Origin: Hemiscyllium ocellatum
Lineage: Eukaryota
DNA: 64,000 nucleotides
Reading direction: 5' to 3'
Assembly (NCBI RefSeq): GCF_020745735.1
Contig: NC_083425.1
Span: 41,899,575 to 41,963,574, forward strand
Shown here piece after piece: positions 26,541 through 39,654 of the stretch. The notes beneath the pieces are model-generated. The model was not told the origin of the DNA, did not search any database, and was given only the letters and a program-made list of their open reading frames with translations. A program made the translations under genes and the position numbers. Each line of letters starts with the position of its first letter. Position 1 is the first letter of the stretch.

Positions 26541-28209
26541 ACCAAGCTTTGCTAAGGTAGTTTAAGATATTCGTCAGAAGGAATAACAGGAACGTAAACA
26601 TTTGCTCGACCCAACCTCAATCATGAAGATAAATGTGACAATGGTTTCAGCTAATACATATCAAAGCCATTACGACCCCCCCCCCCCCAAAAAGTTTCAA
26701 TAATGCTATGACTTTCTGTTAAGTTAATAACTTTTCAAAAAATTTATTTTCGGTTTTATCATGCTACTATTTTAGAAATTAGCCTGAAAACAATTTTAGA
26801 TTGATTGGGTCCCTAATTCAGCCACTAAAGATGTAAATTATTGTTCACTATCTTTCCACCCTTAATCGGAATTGCTGAATGCATCCTGAAGCAGATCACT
26901 CAGACATGCAGAACTAGTTCTGCCACTTCCTATGTTTGTTTTCTGTAAATATAATTCCACGACAAATTTAACAAGGAAAACTTATTCAATATAATTAATT
27001 GAATACAACAAGCCTCCATTTCTGCAAGAAACGTCCCAAGAGGGTAACTAATGTAAAGCTTTTTTTGGGATTGGAGAAGGGGATTAATGGTTTTGTTAAA
27101 GTGATGGACCGTCTTAAGGTAGACGGAACGATAGATTGCAGAATCCAAATGAAGAGGCCAGACACCTGACTGCTCTGTCACCAAGAAGAGTGGAAGGAGC
27201 TGGAGGAACAAACAGAGCAGAGGGAGAACTGGATAAGAGCATGGAACGTGTGGCTGGAGGAAGTCATAGAGGCAGAATAGGGGGAAAAAAAAAATCACAG
27301 AGAAAGTTTATTCTAGAATGAGCATTTTACACGTGAAAAATTTTTGAGTGTGCAGAAAATGTTCTGTTTGGAAAAAAGGGTGTGGGACTAGATTAACATA
27401 GGATAGCTGGTTGGCATGGACAAGTTGGACTGAAGGGTCTGTTTCTGTGCTGTATGAGTCTAAGACTCATAGGGTGATAGGTGACTTGGAAACTCAGCAG
27501 CAGTGGAGAGAAGCAGATCACTGCAGCAGCATGATTTCTAGCACCTTCCTTCAGTGCCAGAAATGGAGAGAATTGGTGCAAGTCCATCCAGGGATGCACA
27601 GACAGTTCCAAAGGCATAAAAAGTTAACTCCTGTGACCTTAGCTGTCACAGACAGCACAGTTCCAATTATGCTGCAACATCTGTGGCATTGGAGAAACAG
27701 ACTCCGATCCTGTACAGGCGTGTTGCTGCTCTGCCTATCTTTATCGCCATCTCCAATTCTTCATGCAGTAGCAAAGGAGAACTCTAGAAAGCAGTCCACG
27801 AGCACAAGTTCCTTTAGAATGGAGCAGTACAACATCCATTGTTTCTTTTCAAGACAAAGCCCAGTAAATGTGCACAGGAGAAACACTGCATTAAAATAAG
27901 CCCTGATTTATAAAGTCACTTTTATAACACCTGTGAATTCTGAATGCAACAAAACACTAATTCCAACTTAGTTCCGTTAATGCAAAGTCAGTAGATTCAA
28001 ATTACTGCTCGTTTGCTGATTTGCCCAAGCTTTATGCAAAAGATATCCTGCCTCTCTTGTCTTCATCTGCACATACTTCCAAACTCAACTTTGTACTGCC
28101 TACTGCTAGGCTGCCTGTCCTGCTTCATGTACAGCATAAATTTTATTTACAATGTATATGACAATGACAGTCATACATCAGGCCTGAGATTTCCTATCTC
28201 ACAATATCA

Positions 28210-28510
28210 AATATTGTGGCTCAGTTTTGGTTTTTGAATGAGATGGTTGTGCTTTCATGTCGCATGTGAAGAGATTTGAGTACAGACCCACACCAACAAA
28301 AAGACTCTCTGGAGAAATACTGACAGGATCTGCACTGTCGATGGTGACATCTCTTAAATTAGGCACCAAGTAGAGGTCTTTCTGCCTTCTCAGGTGGAAA
28401 TAAATGGTTTCATTACAACAGTGATTACACTGCAAAAGGTACTTTCTTGGTTGTAAAGTGCTTTGGGATATTCCAAAAATGCAATATAAAGATGGAAGGA
28501 TTTCTTTCAA
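28210..28510 (+). mobile_element. Ancient SINE (Deu-domain/AmnSINE-like); related pieces at ~36345-36640, 48150-48260, 59460-59710
   Basis: tRNA-like head gtggctcagtt..., with 3' cattacaacagtgattacact..aaaggtact..ttggttgtaaagtgctttgggatat. Confidence 0.5.
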
Positions 28511-29135
28511 AGCCTGAACAGTGATAGCACCCAAATGCCTTCCCTTTACATTAAGCAATGACTACATAGATCATATTATGGAATGCAAATGTTCAAACCT
28601 TCAAGATTTCTAACCACAGGCAAGTCCCAGCAAATCTTATGCTTTTAATAAGCAAAGACCTGCCAAGCAAAACTCAACTGACAGCTGCTCAGTTTAGATT
28701 CAAATGAAATCTATTTTAATGAATGATACTTATTAATAATTGGAAATAAATATTACACTTCTGAGGTTGAGTCAATGGGGAACAGGAGATGGTGATTTAC
28801 TCTGCATGTTGAATTAGTAGTGTATCATACTGGGCATTCAAATTGGAAAAAGCACTTTAGTCAGGATAAAAGATCTCTCAACTTGAAGTCAGGAATTATT
28901 TTTGCCCTAAAAGTTTTATGAAATAAGTGTGAGAGCATTCAGTACAAACTAGCCACTGAACAGTATCAACAGATTCTGAATTGTCTGTCTCTCTTTCACT
29001 ATTGTGTGGTCAGACTGTTGTATGATAGAGGTGACTAAAATTACTTAAGCATCAACATGAAACTTTCAAAATCCATTCATGACACATTGAAAACCATCCT
29101 GGACAAACTGACAGGCAAAGTGAAGATCCAAATAC

Positions 29136-29197
29136 CTTGCAAACATTAGGCCACTTCTTCCTATGACCAAAGGATTTACTTTTAGTCGTATCCAACC
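29136..29197 (-). CDS. Candidate upstream exon of the cryptic gene (LDTTKSKSFGHRKKWPNVCK)
   Basis: Acceptor gtattatttcag|, donor AAG|gtattt. One open frame exits in phase 0, compatible with exon A. Frame choice is ambiguous. Confidence 0.3.
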
Positions 29198-29879
29198 CTG
29201 AAATAATACATCAACCAATAGGAAGCAAATGCATTCATGATTCCCTTCAGAGCTGTGCATCAATTTTAAATTCACAGCTTTCTTCATGCAATAAATAAAG
29301 AGAGATAATAGTTATAACACAAATGAACATTTGTTTACGTTTCAGATAATGGAGGAGGGAAACAAGTGTGCTGATGATGGGATAATGGAGTCCAAAATAT
29401 TTACATAACATAGTACCTGTTCCATTTCCTCTGTCTCGATGATAAATAATTTTGTATTGCTAAAGAGCTAAACACAGTGTATACCTAAAGATGATATTGG
29501 TTTACCAAAATCTGTATCAACATAATGCCAGCAGACTCAAGCATCATATGTAGATCTGCAGCAAAGTATGAAAAGCAAAATTCCAGAGGTTCAATAGATT
29601 TCCTCCAAACAAAGCTGGCTCGGGTTACAGTAAATCTAAACATTGGATTGTACATCATGTTAGGCCATATGGCTCAAGTAGCCACACTGACTCAGTTTTT
29701 CACTTACTCCCACTCTTCTGAACTTGTCCCAGGGTCAGAAATCTATCATATAAAAAGGAAATTGGATAAATACTTGAATGAAAAGATATTGAATCCACTT
29801 CCACTATTTTCAGATTCCAGATCTGAATAACGCACTATATAATAAAATATTCTTGCACTTGGTTTTTTTAGCTTGCTAT

Positions 29880-30580
29880 CTTTAATCACACAAACATACA
29901 AAAAAAAATCTGATTTTAACCTCAGCTTTATATTCCTGAATAGCCCTAATAATCTTTCATCCCCTTATCAAGGGTCTACCTTTGCCTTAAAAATACTTAA
30001 ATAATTTTGCATCCACTGCCTTTTGAGGAAGGGAGTTCCAAAGAATCAACAGAAAAAAAAAGTTTCCTCATCTGTCTTAAATGGGCCATTGCCTATTTTC
30101 AAACTGTCACCCCTAGTCCTAGAGATTCTTCCACAAGATGAAAAATCCTTTCCATGAGCAGCTTTGTCACGTTTCCTCAGGATCTTATGCATTTCCATTA
30201 AGTCAGCTCCGACTCTAAGCTCTACAGATCTAACCTGCCTAACCCTTCCTTAGAAGGCATTCTGCTCATTCCAGGTACTAGTCTAAAAAGCTTCTCTGGA
30301 CTGCTTTCAATGCATCAATATCCTTCCGTAAAGTACAGAGTCCAATACTCCACACAGTATTTCAGACGTGGTCTAACCAATGCCCTGTATAACTGAAGCA
30401 GAAATTCGCTCCTCTTGTATTCAACTCCCCCAATAAAGCATGACATTCTATTTGCTCTACCTGCTTACTAATCTTCTGATTCATACAATTTGACACAAAT
30501 CTTTCTGTACTTCAGACTTCTGCTAGCTCTCACCATTTACATCATATGCTTCTTTTTTATTCTTTCTGCCAAGTGGAAAA
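29880..30580 (-). mobile_element. Old CR1 LINE 3' fragment
   Basis: gggagttccaaaga..gaaaaagtttcctcatct..ggtctaaccaatgccctgtataactg signature. Confidence 0.65.
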
Positions 30581-31140
30581 AGAGATGCTGTTTTTCTGGC
30601 TTGTGCTGAACTCTGTAGCAGACAAGACAGAGATGTTAGCCGGGGAACTTGACAATGTGTTGAAATGACAGCAACCACAAATTCAGGGCCATTTTTGCAG
30701 ACAGAATGTAGGTGTTATACAAAATGGACGCCCAGTCTGTATTTGGGAACCCCTGCAGTCTTTTGGACTCAATATCGAGTTCAATAATTTTAGGACCTGA
30801 GCACCTTGTCCGATGTTCTTACCCCACCCCCACACACCAGGCCTTGTCATCATGTGGACTGCTACCAAAACAACCCACAGTCAACCACTAACGAGTCCCC
30901 CTTTCAGAACTTTACCCACTCCTTTGTCTGTCCAAGCATTTTTCTCTGGCCTCCATTTCCACCTATTGTTTACGTCTTTTCCTGTATCCTATCTCTTCTC
31001 CAGAATAAATACCAATGTTTTCCTGGCTACAATCACTTCTGAAGAAAGGCCACTGCAAATGATATGCTAACTCCGATTTCTCGCCACTACTGCCAGATCT
31101 ATAAAGCTTTTTCAAGCAATTTCAGATGTTTCTGATATCC
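30580..31140. mobile_element. Old degenerate Penelope-like remnant
   Basis: Decayed similarity to endonuclease C-terminus and pLTR (ctgaagaaaggccac...aaatgatatgctaactc). Confidence 0.45.
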
Positions 31141-31615
31141 AAAGAAAGAATAAAGAAAGTTTACAGCCCAGGAACAGGCCCTTTGGCCCTCCAAGCCTAT
31201 GCTGATTTAAATGCACTCTCTTACGGCCAATTCCTAAGGATCTGTATCCCTCTGCTCCCCACCTACTCATGCATCTGTCCAGACATACCATAAATGAACC
31301 TACTGTGCCTGTCTCTACTATTCTGCTGGCAACGCATTCCAGGCACCTACCACCCGCTGTGTAAAATACTTTGTGTGTGTATCCACCTTAAACTTTTCTC
31401 CTCTCACCTTGAACATGTGACCTCACGTTATTGAATCCTTCACCCTGTGAAAAAAGCTTATCGCTATCCATTCTGTCTACACCCTTCATGATTTTGTACA
31501 CCTCAATCAGGTCCCCCCTCAATCTCCTTTTTTCTAATGAAAACAATCCTAACCTATTCAACCTCTCTTCATAGCGAGCACCTTCTATACCAGGCAACAT
31601 CCTCGTAAACCTTCT

Positions 31616-31729
31616 CTGCATCCTGTCCAAAGCGTCCACATCCCTTTGGTAATGTGGCAACCAGAACTGTATACAGTATTCTGGTTGCCACATTACCAAA
31701 GGGATGTGGATGCTTTGGACAGGATGCAG
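31616..31729. repeat. 114-bp near-perfect palindrome (inverted duplication) inside CR1
   Basis: ctgcatcctgtccaaagc...caaccagaa / ttctggttg...gctttggacaggatgcag, with one mismatch per arm. Confidence 0.9.
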
Positions 31730-32497
31730 TACTATACACAGTATTCTAAATGCAGCCAAACCAAAGTCTTGTATAATTTTAACATGACCTGCAAGCTCTT
31801 GTACTCAATATCTCGTTTGATGAAGGCAAACAAACCATATGCCTTCTTGACCACTCTATCCACCTGTGCAGCCACCTTCAGGGTACAATTGACCTGAACT
31901 CCCAGATCTCTCTGCTCATCAACTTTTCCCAAGGCTCTTCCGTTTACTGTATAGTTCGCTCTAGAATTAGACCTTCCAAAATGCATCACCTCACATTTGC
32001 CCAGACTGAACTCCATCTGGCCACTTCTCCACCCAACTCTCCAGTCTATCTATATTCTCCTGTATTCTTTGACAGTCCCTTCTGCTTTCTGCTACTCCAC
32101 CAATCTTCGTCTCATCTGCAAACTGACTGATCAGACGATCATTGCCCTCTTCCAGATCATTTATGTATCACACAAACAACAGTGGCCCCAGCACTGATCC
32201 CTGTGGAACACCATTGGTCACCTTTCTCCATTTAAAGAAACTCCCTTCAACTACTACTGTCTCCTGTTGCTCAACTAGTTCTTTACCCACCTAGCTTGAA
32301 CACCCTGCACATCATGTGACTTCACTTTCTCCATGAGTTTACCATGGGGAACCTCATCAAACACATTACTAAAGTCCATGTATATGACATCTACAGTCTT
32401 TCCTTCATCTATCAACTTGGTCATCTCCTCAAAGAACTCTACTAAGTTCGTAAGGCATAATCTCCCCTGCACAAAACGATGTTGCCTATCGCTGATA

Positions 32498-32805
32498 AGA
32501 TTAGATTAGATTACTTAGTTAGAAAACAGGCCCTTCAGCCCAACAAGATCACACCGACCCGCCAAAGCGCAACCCACCCATACCCCTACCTTTACCCCTT
32601 CACCTAACACTACAGGCAATTTAGCATTGCCAATTCACCTAACCTGCACAATTTTTGGACCGTGGGAGGAAACTGGACCACCCGGAAGAAACCTACGCAG
32701 ACACGGGGAGAATGTGCAAACTCCACACAGTCAGTTGCCTGAGTCGGGAATTGAACCTGGGTCTCTGGCGCTGTGAGGCAGCAGTGCTAACCACTGTGCC
32801 ACCCA
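32498..32805 (-). mobile_element. HE1/V-SINE nested in CR1
   Basis: Full SINE interrupting the CR1 RT, with a short taag duplication. Confidence 0.9.
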
Positions 32806-33699
32806 CTAAGCCCATTCTCTTCCAAATATAAATAGATCCTATCCCTCAGTATCTTCTCCAGCAACTTTCCCACCACCGATGTCAGGCTCACTGGTCTGTA
32901 GTTACCTGAAACATTAGCAACTCTCCAGTCCTCCGACACTTCATCTGTGTTTAAGCATGCTATAAAATTATCTGTCAAGGCCCCAGCTATTTCCTCTCTC
33001 GCCTCCCTCAGCAGTCTGGGACAGATCCCATCTGGTCCTGGGGTTTGTCCACCTTAATTTCCTTTAGCCTACCCAACACATCCTCTCTCCTTATGTCAGT
33101 GTGATCCAGAGTAATCAAACTTCTACCTCTAATCTCAACATTCATCATGTCCCTCTCCTCAGTGAACACTGATGCAAAGTAATCATTGAGAATCTCACCC
33201 AATTTCTTAGGTTCGACACACACAACCTTCCTTTCTTATCCTTTAGTGGACCAACCCTTTCTCTAGTTAGCTTCTTGTATATGAATAAAAGTCTACTCGC
33301 TAAAGTTATTTCATGACCCCTCTTAGCCCGCTTGATTCCTTGTTTAAGATTGGTCCTACTCTCCTGATATTCCTCCATAGCCTGTTTTGTTCTTAGCTGC
33401 CTGGACCTTATGTACGCTTCACTTTTCCTCTTGGCTAGTGGCACAATTTCTCGTGTCATCCATGGTTCATGAATCTTGCCTCTCCTATCCTTTGTTTTCA
33501 AAAGGACATGCCTATCCTGCACTGTCTTCAACCTATTTTTTAAAGCCTCCCACATATCAAATGTGGACTTCTCTTCAAATCGCTACCCTAAATCTACATT
33601 TCTGAGGTCCTGCTGAATTTTGATAGAATTGGCTTTGGCCCAGTTTAGTACTCTTCCCTTAGGATCATTCTCATCTTCTGCATCTGCAGTTCTTTTTAT

Positions 33700-35900
33700 T
33701 TTTTTAATCTCACTAACTACTTTTTCTAAGACCCTATGATGAAATTCATCAGGACTTGGGGACTGCCAATTCTCAATTCCAACAATTTACTTTGTACTAC
33801 TTGCCTGGCAATTGTAATTTTCCTGAGTTTCTTCCTCCCTTTCAATTCCTGATCATAGATATTTCTGAGATAGTACGTACATCCTCTTTAGTGAAGACGA
33901 ATGCAAAATATCCATTCAATTTTTCTGCCGTTTCTTTATCCTCCATTACTAATTTCCCTGACTCATTTTTGAAAGGACCAAGACTTACTTTGTTAGCTGC
34001 CCATCTTAGTCGAAGGTTCAGCAACAAAGGGGCATAATTTTAAAGTGAAAGGCAGGAATTTTAGAGGGGATTTAAGGAAAAACCTTCTCACTCAGAAGGT
34101 GGCAGGTGTCTGGAATCCACTGCCCAGGAGGGTAGTTGAGGTGGGAAACCTCAGAAAAAGTACTTATATGAGCACTTGAGGTGTTATAGCATTAATGGTG
34201 TGGGCCTAGTGCAGGAAAGTGGGATGAACGTAAGCAATAATATATTTTTGGCAGTACTGACTTGATGGGTCAAATGGACTCTTGTGTACTGCATGATTCT
34301 ATGATTCCAAAAGCTCTTAGTTTTTCGATATCTGAAGAAACTTTTCCTATCCATTTTTGTATTTCTGGCTAACTTTCTCTCATACTCTAATTTTTCCCAC
34401 TTTATTAATCTTTAAATAATGCTTTTCTCTAAAATATTCCATCCAATCTTCACCTGTCACCTATCTTTGCATAATTATATGTATTTGAATTTGATACTAT
34501 CTTTGACTTTAAGTTGTCCAGGGACAGTGAGTCCATCCCATAGAGTATTTCCTTTGTTGAAAATATCTATTCTGCGCTTTCTAGAATATCCACTTAAATG
34601 TTTCCTATGCATCTCAAATGGCTTATCCTTTAATCTAAATTGCCAGTTCACTTTTGTGAGTTCTGCTTTCATACCCATAATAGCTCTGGTCTGAATTCAA
34701 AACAACTTTGGACCTACACTTCTCTCCCTTTAAAAGTGTATGCAAAATTTAATTACATTACGGTCACTACTACCCAGGGGCACTTTCACTATGAGATCAG
34801 CACTTAATCCTATTTCATTGATCAAAACCACATCTAGGATAGCCTGCTCTCTGGTCAGTGCCATAATATGCTGGTCTCTGAAATGTCCTGAAAACATTCA
34901 ATGGAATCCCTTATCTAGACTATCTTTTACTCCATGTATGATTACTTCCATCTATCTGTAGGTTAAAAGCCACTAAAAAGAGTCCAATGAACAACAGGTT
35001 TCCCAGATTGACCTTTACCCACTCCTTTGTCTACCCAACCATTTTTTCTGATAATTAAATACTTTTTTGACAAGCTCCCATTATTTTTTCCTTGGTATCT
35101 TGTCCTACCATGTGGGTTACTGTTAGTGGGCCTGTACACAACTCCTACAAGTGGTAGATTGCCTTCATCAGTCTTCATCTCCAATTCCTAACTTCTTGTC
35201 CTTCCTAAAATGTCTCATACTCCTCAATGTTCAGGTCCCAGTCTAGGTCACCCTGCTGACACATCTCAGTTATGGACATTAGATCGTACTTATCTATCTC
35301 AATTTTTACTACTCGTTCATCTGTTTTGTTTCAAGAACTACATGTGTTCAAATACAGTATCTTAAGTTTTATCTAATTTAATCTGATCTGCATTCTCTGT
35401 ACCTTCCTGTCATTGTCTGTTTATCATTTCTCACATTAATTCCTATCCCTGCTATAGATTCTCCACGCTGATTCATAATTTCCCAAATTTGGGCCCTTGT
35501 CCCCATTGTTTCATTTAAAACCCACTCTACTTCCCTAGTTATGTGCTTCACAAGAATACCAGAGCAGGTGTGGACTATCTCAACAAAACAGATCTTACTT
35601 TCCCAATTATGGTGCCAATGCCCCACAAACCAAAACCCATTTCTCCTACACTAGTCTTTCAGCCATGCATTATTCTCTCCAACCTTGTTTACCTGCTGCC
35701 AATTTGCATGTGGCTCAGGTAGTAATCTAGAGGTTATTAGCTTTGAGGCTGTGCTTCTGTATTTGTTGCCTGTTTCCCCATGCTGACAAAGCAGAACCTC
35801 TTTCCTAGTTCTACTCAATAATATTGGTACCTATATGGACCACAACATTGGATCCTCTCCCTCCCTCTGCAAATTCTTCTGTAGCCAAGAGCATATCAAT
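33700..35900 (-). mobile_element. Older CR1 LINE fragment (ORF1 esterase end to endonuclease/linker), with a plus-strand CR1 3' piece at ~34010-34305
   Basis: VVVHIGTN (CR1 ORF1 esterase motif), LVGVVYRP (APE endonuclease), AEKLNGYFAFVFTKED. Confidence 0.75.
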
Positions 35901-36740
35901 GCCCTCTGACAAACTTGCCAGATTATTTCTGTTATTTACCTTATTCTTCAGCACTCCGCATTCAAATCTCCCCTTAATGTCCTCTGTTCCAAGGAGCAAT
36001 AATGTCATTCTCCAGCTGGTACTAAGATATTCAAATTCCTCTTCAAACCACTCTAGTTGAGGCTTAACTAATAATATAAAGGTTTGTAAGACTTCAAACA
36101 CTCTTTACATAAAAAAGGTTTGATTGTTCCTTTATCTTGGAGGTGAGAAACCCTCTAGGTTTCTCTGATGCTTCCTTCTGTTCCACTTGCTCCTCCCTAC
36201 ATTCTTTACAGTTGAAGCCTATCAAATTTTCACCTCCTTATTTCCAAAAAAGTGTCATATTGGATCCGAACATTAACACTGCTTCTCTCGCCAGACACTG
36301 CCAAACCTGTTTGAGTTTCTCCGACACTTTGCTTTTATTGTACAAAACCAAGGCTGGTGCTCCAGTGCAGTACTGAGGGTGTGCTGTACTGTCGTGATCT
36401 CTTTTGGATAGGATATTGAAACCTTGGCTACATCTACCCTGTCAGATGGACGTAAAAGATCCCAAGATGGAATTTCAAAGAAGAGAGTTATTTCTGTTGT
36501 TGTGGTCAATACTTATCCCTCAAATAATATCACAAAAAACAATTATGTTGCTGCTTGCTCTTTGCAAACTGGCTATTGTGTGTGTTAGATTACTGCAGTA
36601 ACTACATTGAAAGTATATTACTGAATATTAAGCATTCTTAGAATGACAAACAATGAAGAAACAACAGGTCTGGCAGCATCTGAGGAGAGAGAAATAGAGT
36701 TAATGTTTTGAGATCAAAGACTGAAATTCTTGAAATGTCC

Positions 36741-37065
36741 TTTAGATTAGATTACTTACAGTGTGGAAACAGGCCCTTCGGCCCAACAAGTCCACATCGA
36801 CCCGCCGAAGCGCAACCCACCCATACCCCTACATATACCCCTTACCTAATACTACGGGCAATTTAGCATGGCCAATTCACCTGACTCGCACATCTTTGGA
36901 CTGTGGGAGGAAACCGGAGCATCCGGAGGAAACCCACGCAGACACGGGGAGAATGTGCAAACTCCATACAGTCAGTCGCCTGAGTTGGGAATTGAACCCG
37001 GATCTCAGGCGCTGTGAGGCAGCAGTGCTAACCACTGTGCCACCCACAGCCACCGTGCCGCTTTA
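36741..37065 (-). mobile_element. HE1/V-SINE
   Basis: Full head, V-domain and tail. Confidence 0.9.
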
Positions 37066-37925
37066 GTTGTGAAAAGTCCAATGTAACTACACTTATCTTT
37101 ATTTCTTTTTGGAAACTATTTAATTACTTGAAGAGAGAATATATCAGATAAGATTGCCAAATCAAAGGTTCTCGATTATTTTCTCTGCAGCTCAGTATTA
37201 GACCAAGCATTTACAAAACTCAGAATTCAACTTTTATCAGTACAGTCTACAACATTTAACTCAAAACGTAATTATTTCAGAAGATTTTATTTAAACTTTT
37301 TTTAAAAAAATCTTTTGTGATTTCTGGAATGGACTAGATTTGAATGAATGAAACTTTTCAAATAGCCATCAGACAAGTCTGCATTGGTGTTGGTCCGAAT
37401 ATGACCAACCTATTTTATAATAGAAAGCCTTTCAAGCTTCCATCAGATTCAGTTCTGGTGAACTAGATCAGACGAGAGTGAAGTAACCAGTAGGGTCTAC
37501 TTGAATGAAACTGAAATTTAACTTGTAATTACCAATGTGCAAAGGCTAACAACCCCTTCAATTGCTGATCCCAATTCCAGTTGAGCCCATTAACTCCCCT
37601 TAAGAATATTTGACCTAAAAGACACGAAGTTTTGACTTCTCCTAATTGCTTCTTCGTTCCATGAATGAAGAGTAGACTCAGCTCAAAAAATAGGTTGAAA
37701 GACTATTTCCCACAGATTAGCCACCTCCTAGCGGATGTCCTGTTAATTGGGAAGCTCGAATATTTAAATTTAGTGAATTCCCCATTAAGAGGGTCCAAAG
37801 CTCATTCTCCAACTAGGTCAAGTCATAGGTTGCAATTATGAAACACGGTGTAGTTTCACTGCCGATTTTCTTAGATAAACAAGTGTGGTAATAACTCTAC
37901 CTGCAAACTCAGTGGGTCTCGCCGT

Positions 37926-38393
37926 TTAGACTAACCGCTCTCGTTGTTGTTGTACTCTGCTGGTCAGTATATACTGGGGGTACCTCACATTGCTGAGCTC
38001 AACGTATCTGGGCTGCTGTGTCTGGGGAGGCGGTGTTTCACTGAACCGCTGCACCGTGTCCCAGCGGATGGCCGTAGCGTCCACCTCCTGCGGCGAGTCC
38101 TTACTTTTCACGGGCAACCTCTCGGAAAACCCTCTGGTCAGCTGGGCCAAGCTCTTGGCGTTCTCCAGTTCCTGCGGAGGGAGCTCGATGTTGCCCGTGC
38201 ACCAGAAGAGCCACCAGACCAAGCTGAAGAAGACGATGATCGAGCCGCTGTAAATGAGACAGTCCCCAAAGCCCCTACCACCCACCTGCACATTAGCAAA
38301 AATGCCAACTAAAAGTAAGGAAAGCCCTCCCGCGTCCAAGGTAATGGCCATCCAGAAGAAAGCAGGACACCTTCCAATACCTCTCAGCACCAT
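37926..38393 (-). CDS. TMEM238: Transmembrane protein 238 family member (TMEM238/TMEM238L-like), single coding exon, 155 aa
   Basis: Intact GC-rich ORF with ATG at 38393. GRC..FWMAITLDAGGLSLLLVGIFANVQVGGRGFGDCLIYSGSIIVFFSLVWWLFWCTGNIELPPQEL matches the TMEM238 signature (two TM helices, FGDxLIYSG, WxTGNIE). Exact paralogue (TMEM238 vs TMEM238L) unresolved. Confidence 0.93.
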   Translation of the reverse strand: MVLRGIGRCPAFFWMAITLDAGGLSLLLVGIFANVQVGGRGFGDCLIYSGSIIVFFSLVWWLFWCTGNIELPPQELENAKSLAQLTRGFSERLPVKSKDSPQEVDATAIRWDTVQRFSETPPPQTQQPRYVELSNVRYPQYILTSRVQQQRERLV

Positions 38394-38479
38394 CGCCTTT
38401 TGCCTGCAGCCCAGCTACATTTACACCCTTTCTAAAAAAAAGTTTGGGAGAAGAGCAAATTGTCCCATTAACTGTTTGT

Positions 38480-38545
38480 ACTGGGTATAGTGGCTTCCCG
38501 TGACGTAAATCCTGTCTTATTTGGTTAGGGAGACGTGGGCTAAAT
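38480..38545 (-). promoter_or_regulatory. Proximal promoter of the TMEM238-family gene with CRE/ATF-like motifs
   Basis: TGACGTAA at ~38501 and GACGTGG at ~38532, about 110-140 bp upstream of the ATG. Confidence 0.3.
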
Positions 38546-39654
38546 GTTTTCAAAATTAAAGATAATACTTTGACAAATTTCTTTTTTTTAAATGATGGTT
38601 TCAAACTGAAATACATAAAACTTCACTGGAGTAGCAGTTCCCTGACAATAAGTCTGAAATAGTTCTTTTGACCATTTCATTTTTTTGGGGGGGTGGGATT
38701 GTTAAAATGACTAAGTAGGTTAGTCTGTTTGTGCAGTGTGAACATTTATAGAAAATGCATCCACACCAAGATCAATATCAATCCAAAAATTAAATCAATC
38801 CCTCAATTCCCAAATTTGCTTCATATGTCTTTAACAAACTCAATTCACAAATGAGGCATAGCTTATTCCAGAAGCTGGTTTTCAGGAATATCTTAAAAGA
38901 GGGAATTCTCCACTTTATGGTCCAGGTAGCTACAGACAGGGATTAAAATACCCAGTCCTAAGGAGGTGAGAATTGGAGGAATACCAACATCTTGGATGAT
39001 ATTAGGGCTGGAGAAAACAGGAGATGGGAGAGATTTGAAAACATGGATCAAACCTTTAAAGTGGAGAGGTTACTGAATGCACAGTTGATGTAGGTCAGGG
39101 AGCACAGTGGTAATGGTTAACGAACCAGACCAGATGAGAGTGAGGATAAAGCAGCTGTGATTTGGATTACCTTAAATTCCTGCCTAGCCAGGAATATTTT
39201 GCAATTGATATTAAATTTAGGATTGGATCAAAGCTCCAGCAATAAATGAGCTGATGTAGTGGAAGAGTTGAGTGATTTTATAGAGGTGATCCTAGTGATG
39301 GGGCATGTATCTAGGTAGATACCCATCCAAGGGGCCAACATTACAGCAATGTTGTAAACAGTCTAGTCTTGGCCCAAACATTGACAAAGAAAGAGAATAG
39401 GAATTCTTAATGGCTTGGGGAATGCTTTGTGTCAAAAGCTGAAAACAGCAGCTAAATTATAATATCCCCATGGATTTTTCTTATAGGAAAAGTATAGGCC
39501 ATTCAGACCCTCAAGCCTTTTCCACCATTGAATGAGCTTGTTAGCTGATTTGTGACCTAACTGCATGTAACTACCTTCGACCCATATTCCCTAATGCCTT
39601 TGCCTAATAGCAAAAATCTGTCTCAGAATTAAAATTAACAATCAACAGGATCTT

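Larger units (their letters stand above)
31145..33680 (-). mobile_element. CR1-clade LINE fragment, interrupted by a SINE and an internal inverted duplication
   Basis: ORF fragments NYRPVSLTSVVGKLLEKI, CLTNLVEFFEE..VDVIYMDFS, KCEVMHFG, RRLRGDLIEVYKIM. Confidence 0.93.

Noticed and set aside
27411-27899. 162-aa plus-strand ORF
   Set aside because: Starts inside a CR1 3' tail, has no recognisable motif, and no convincing exon boundaries were found on either strand.
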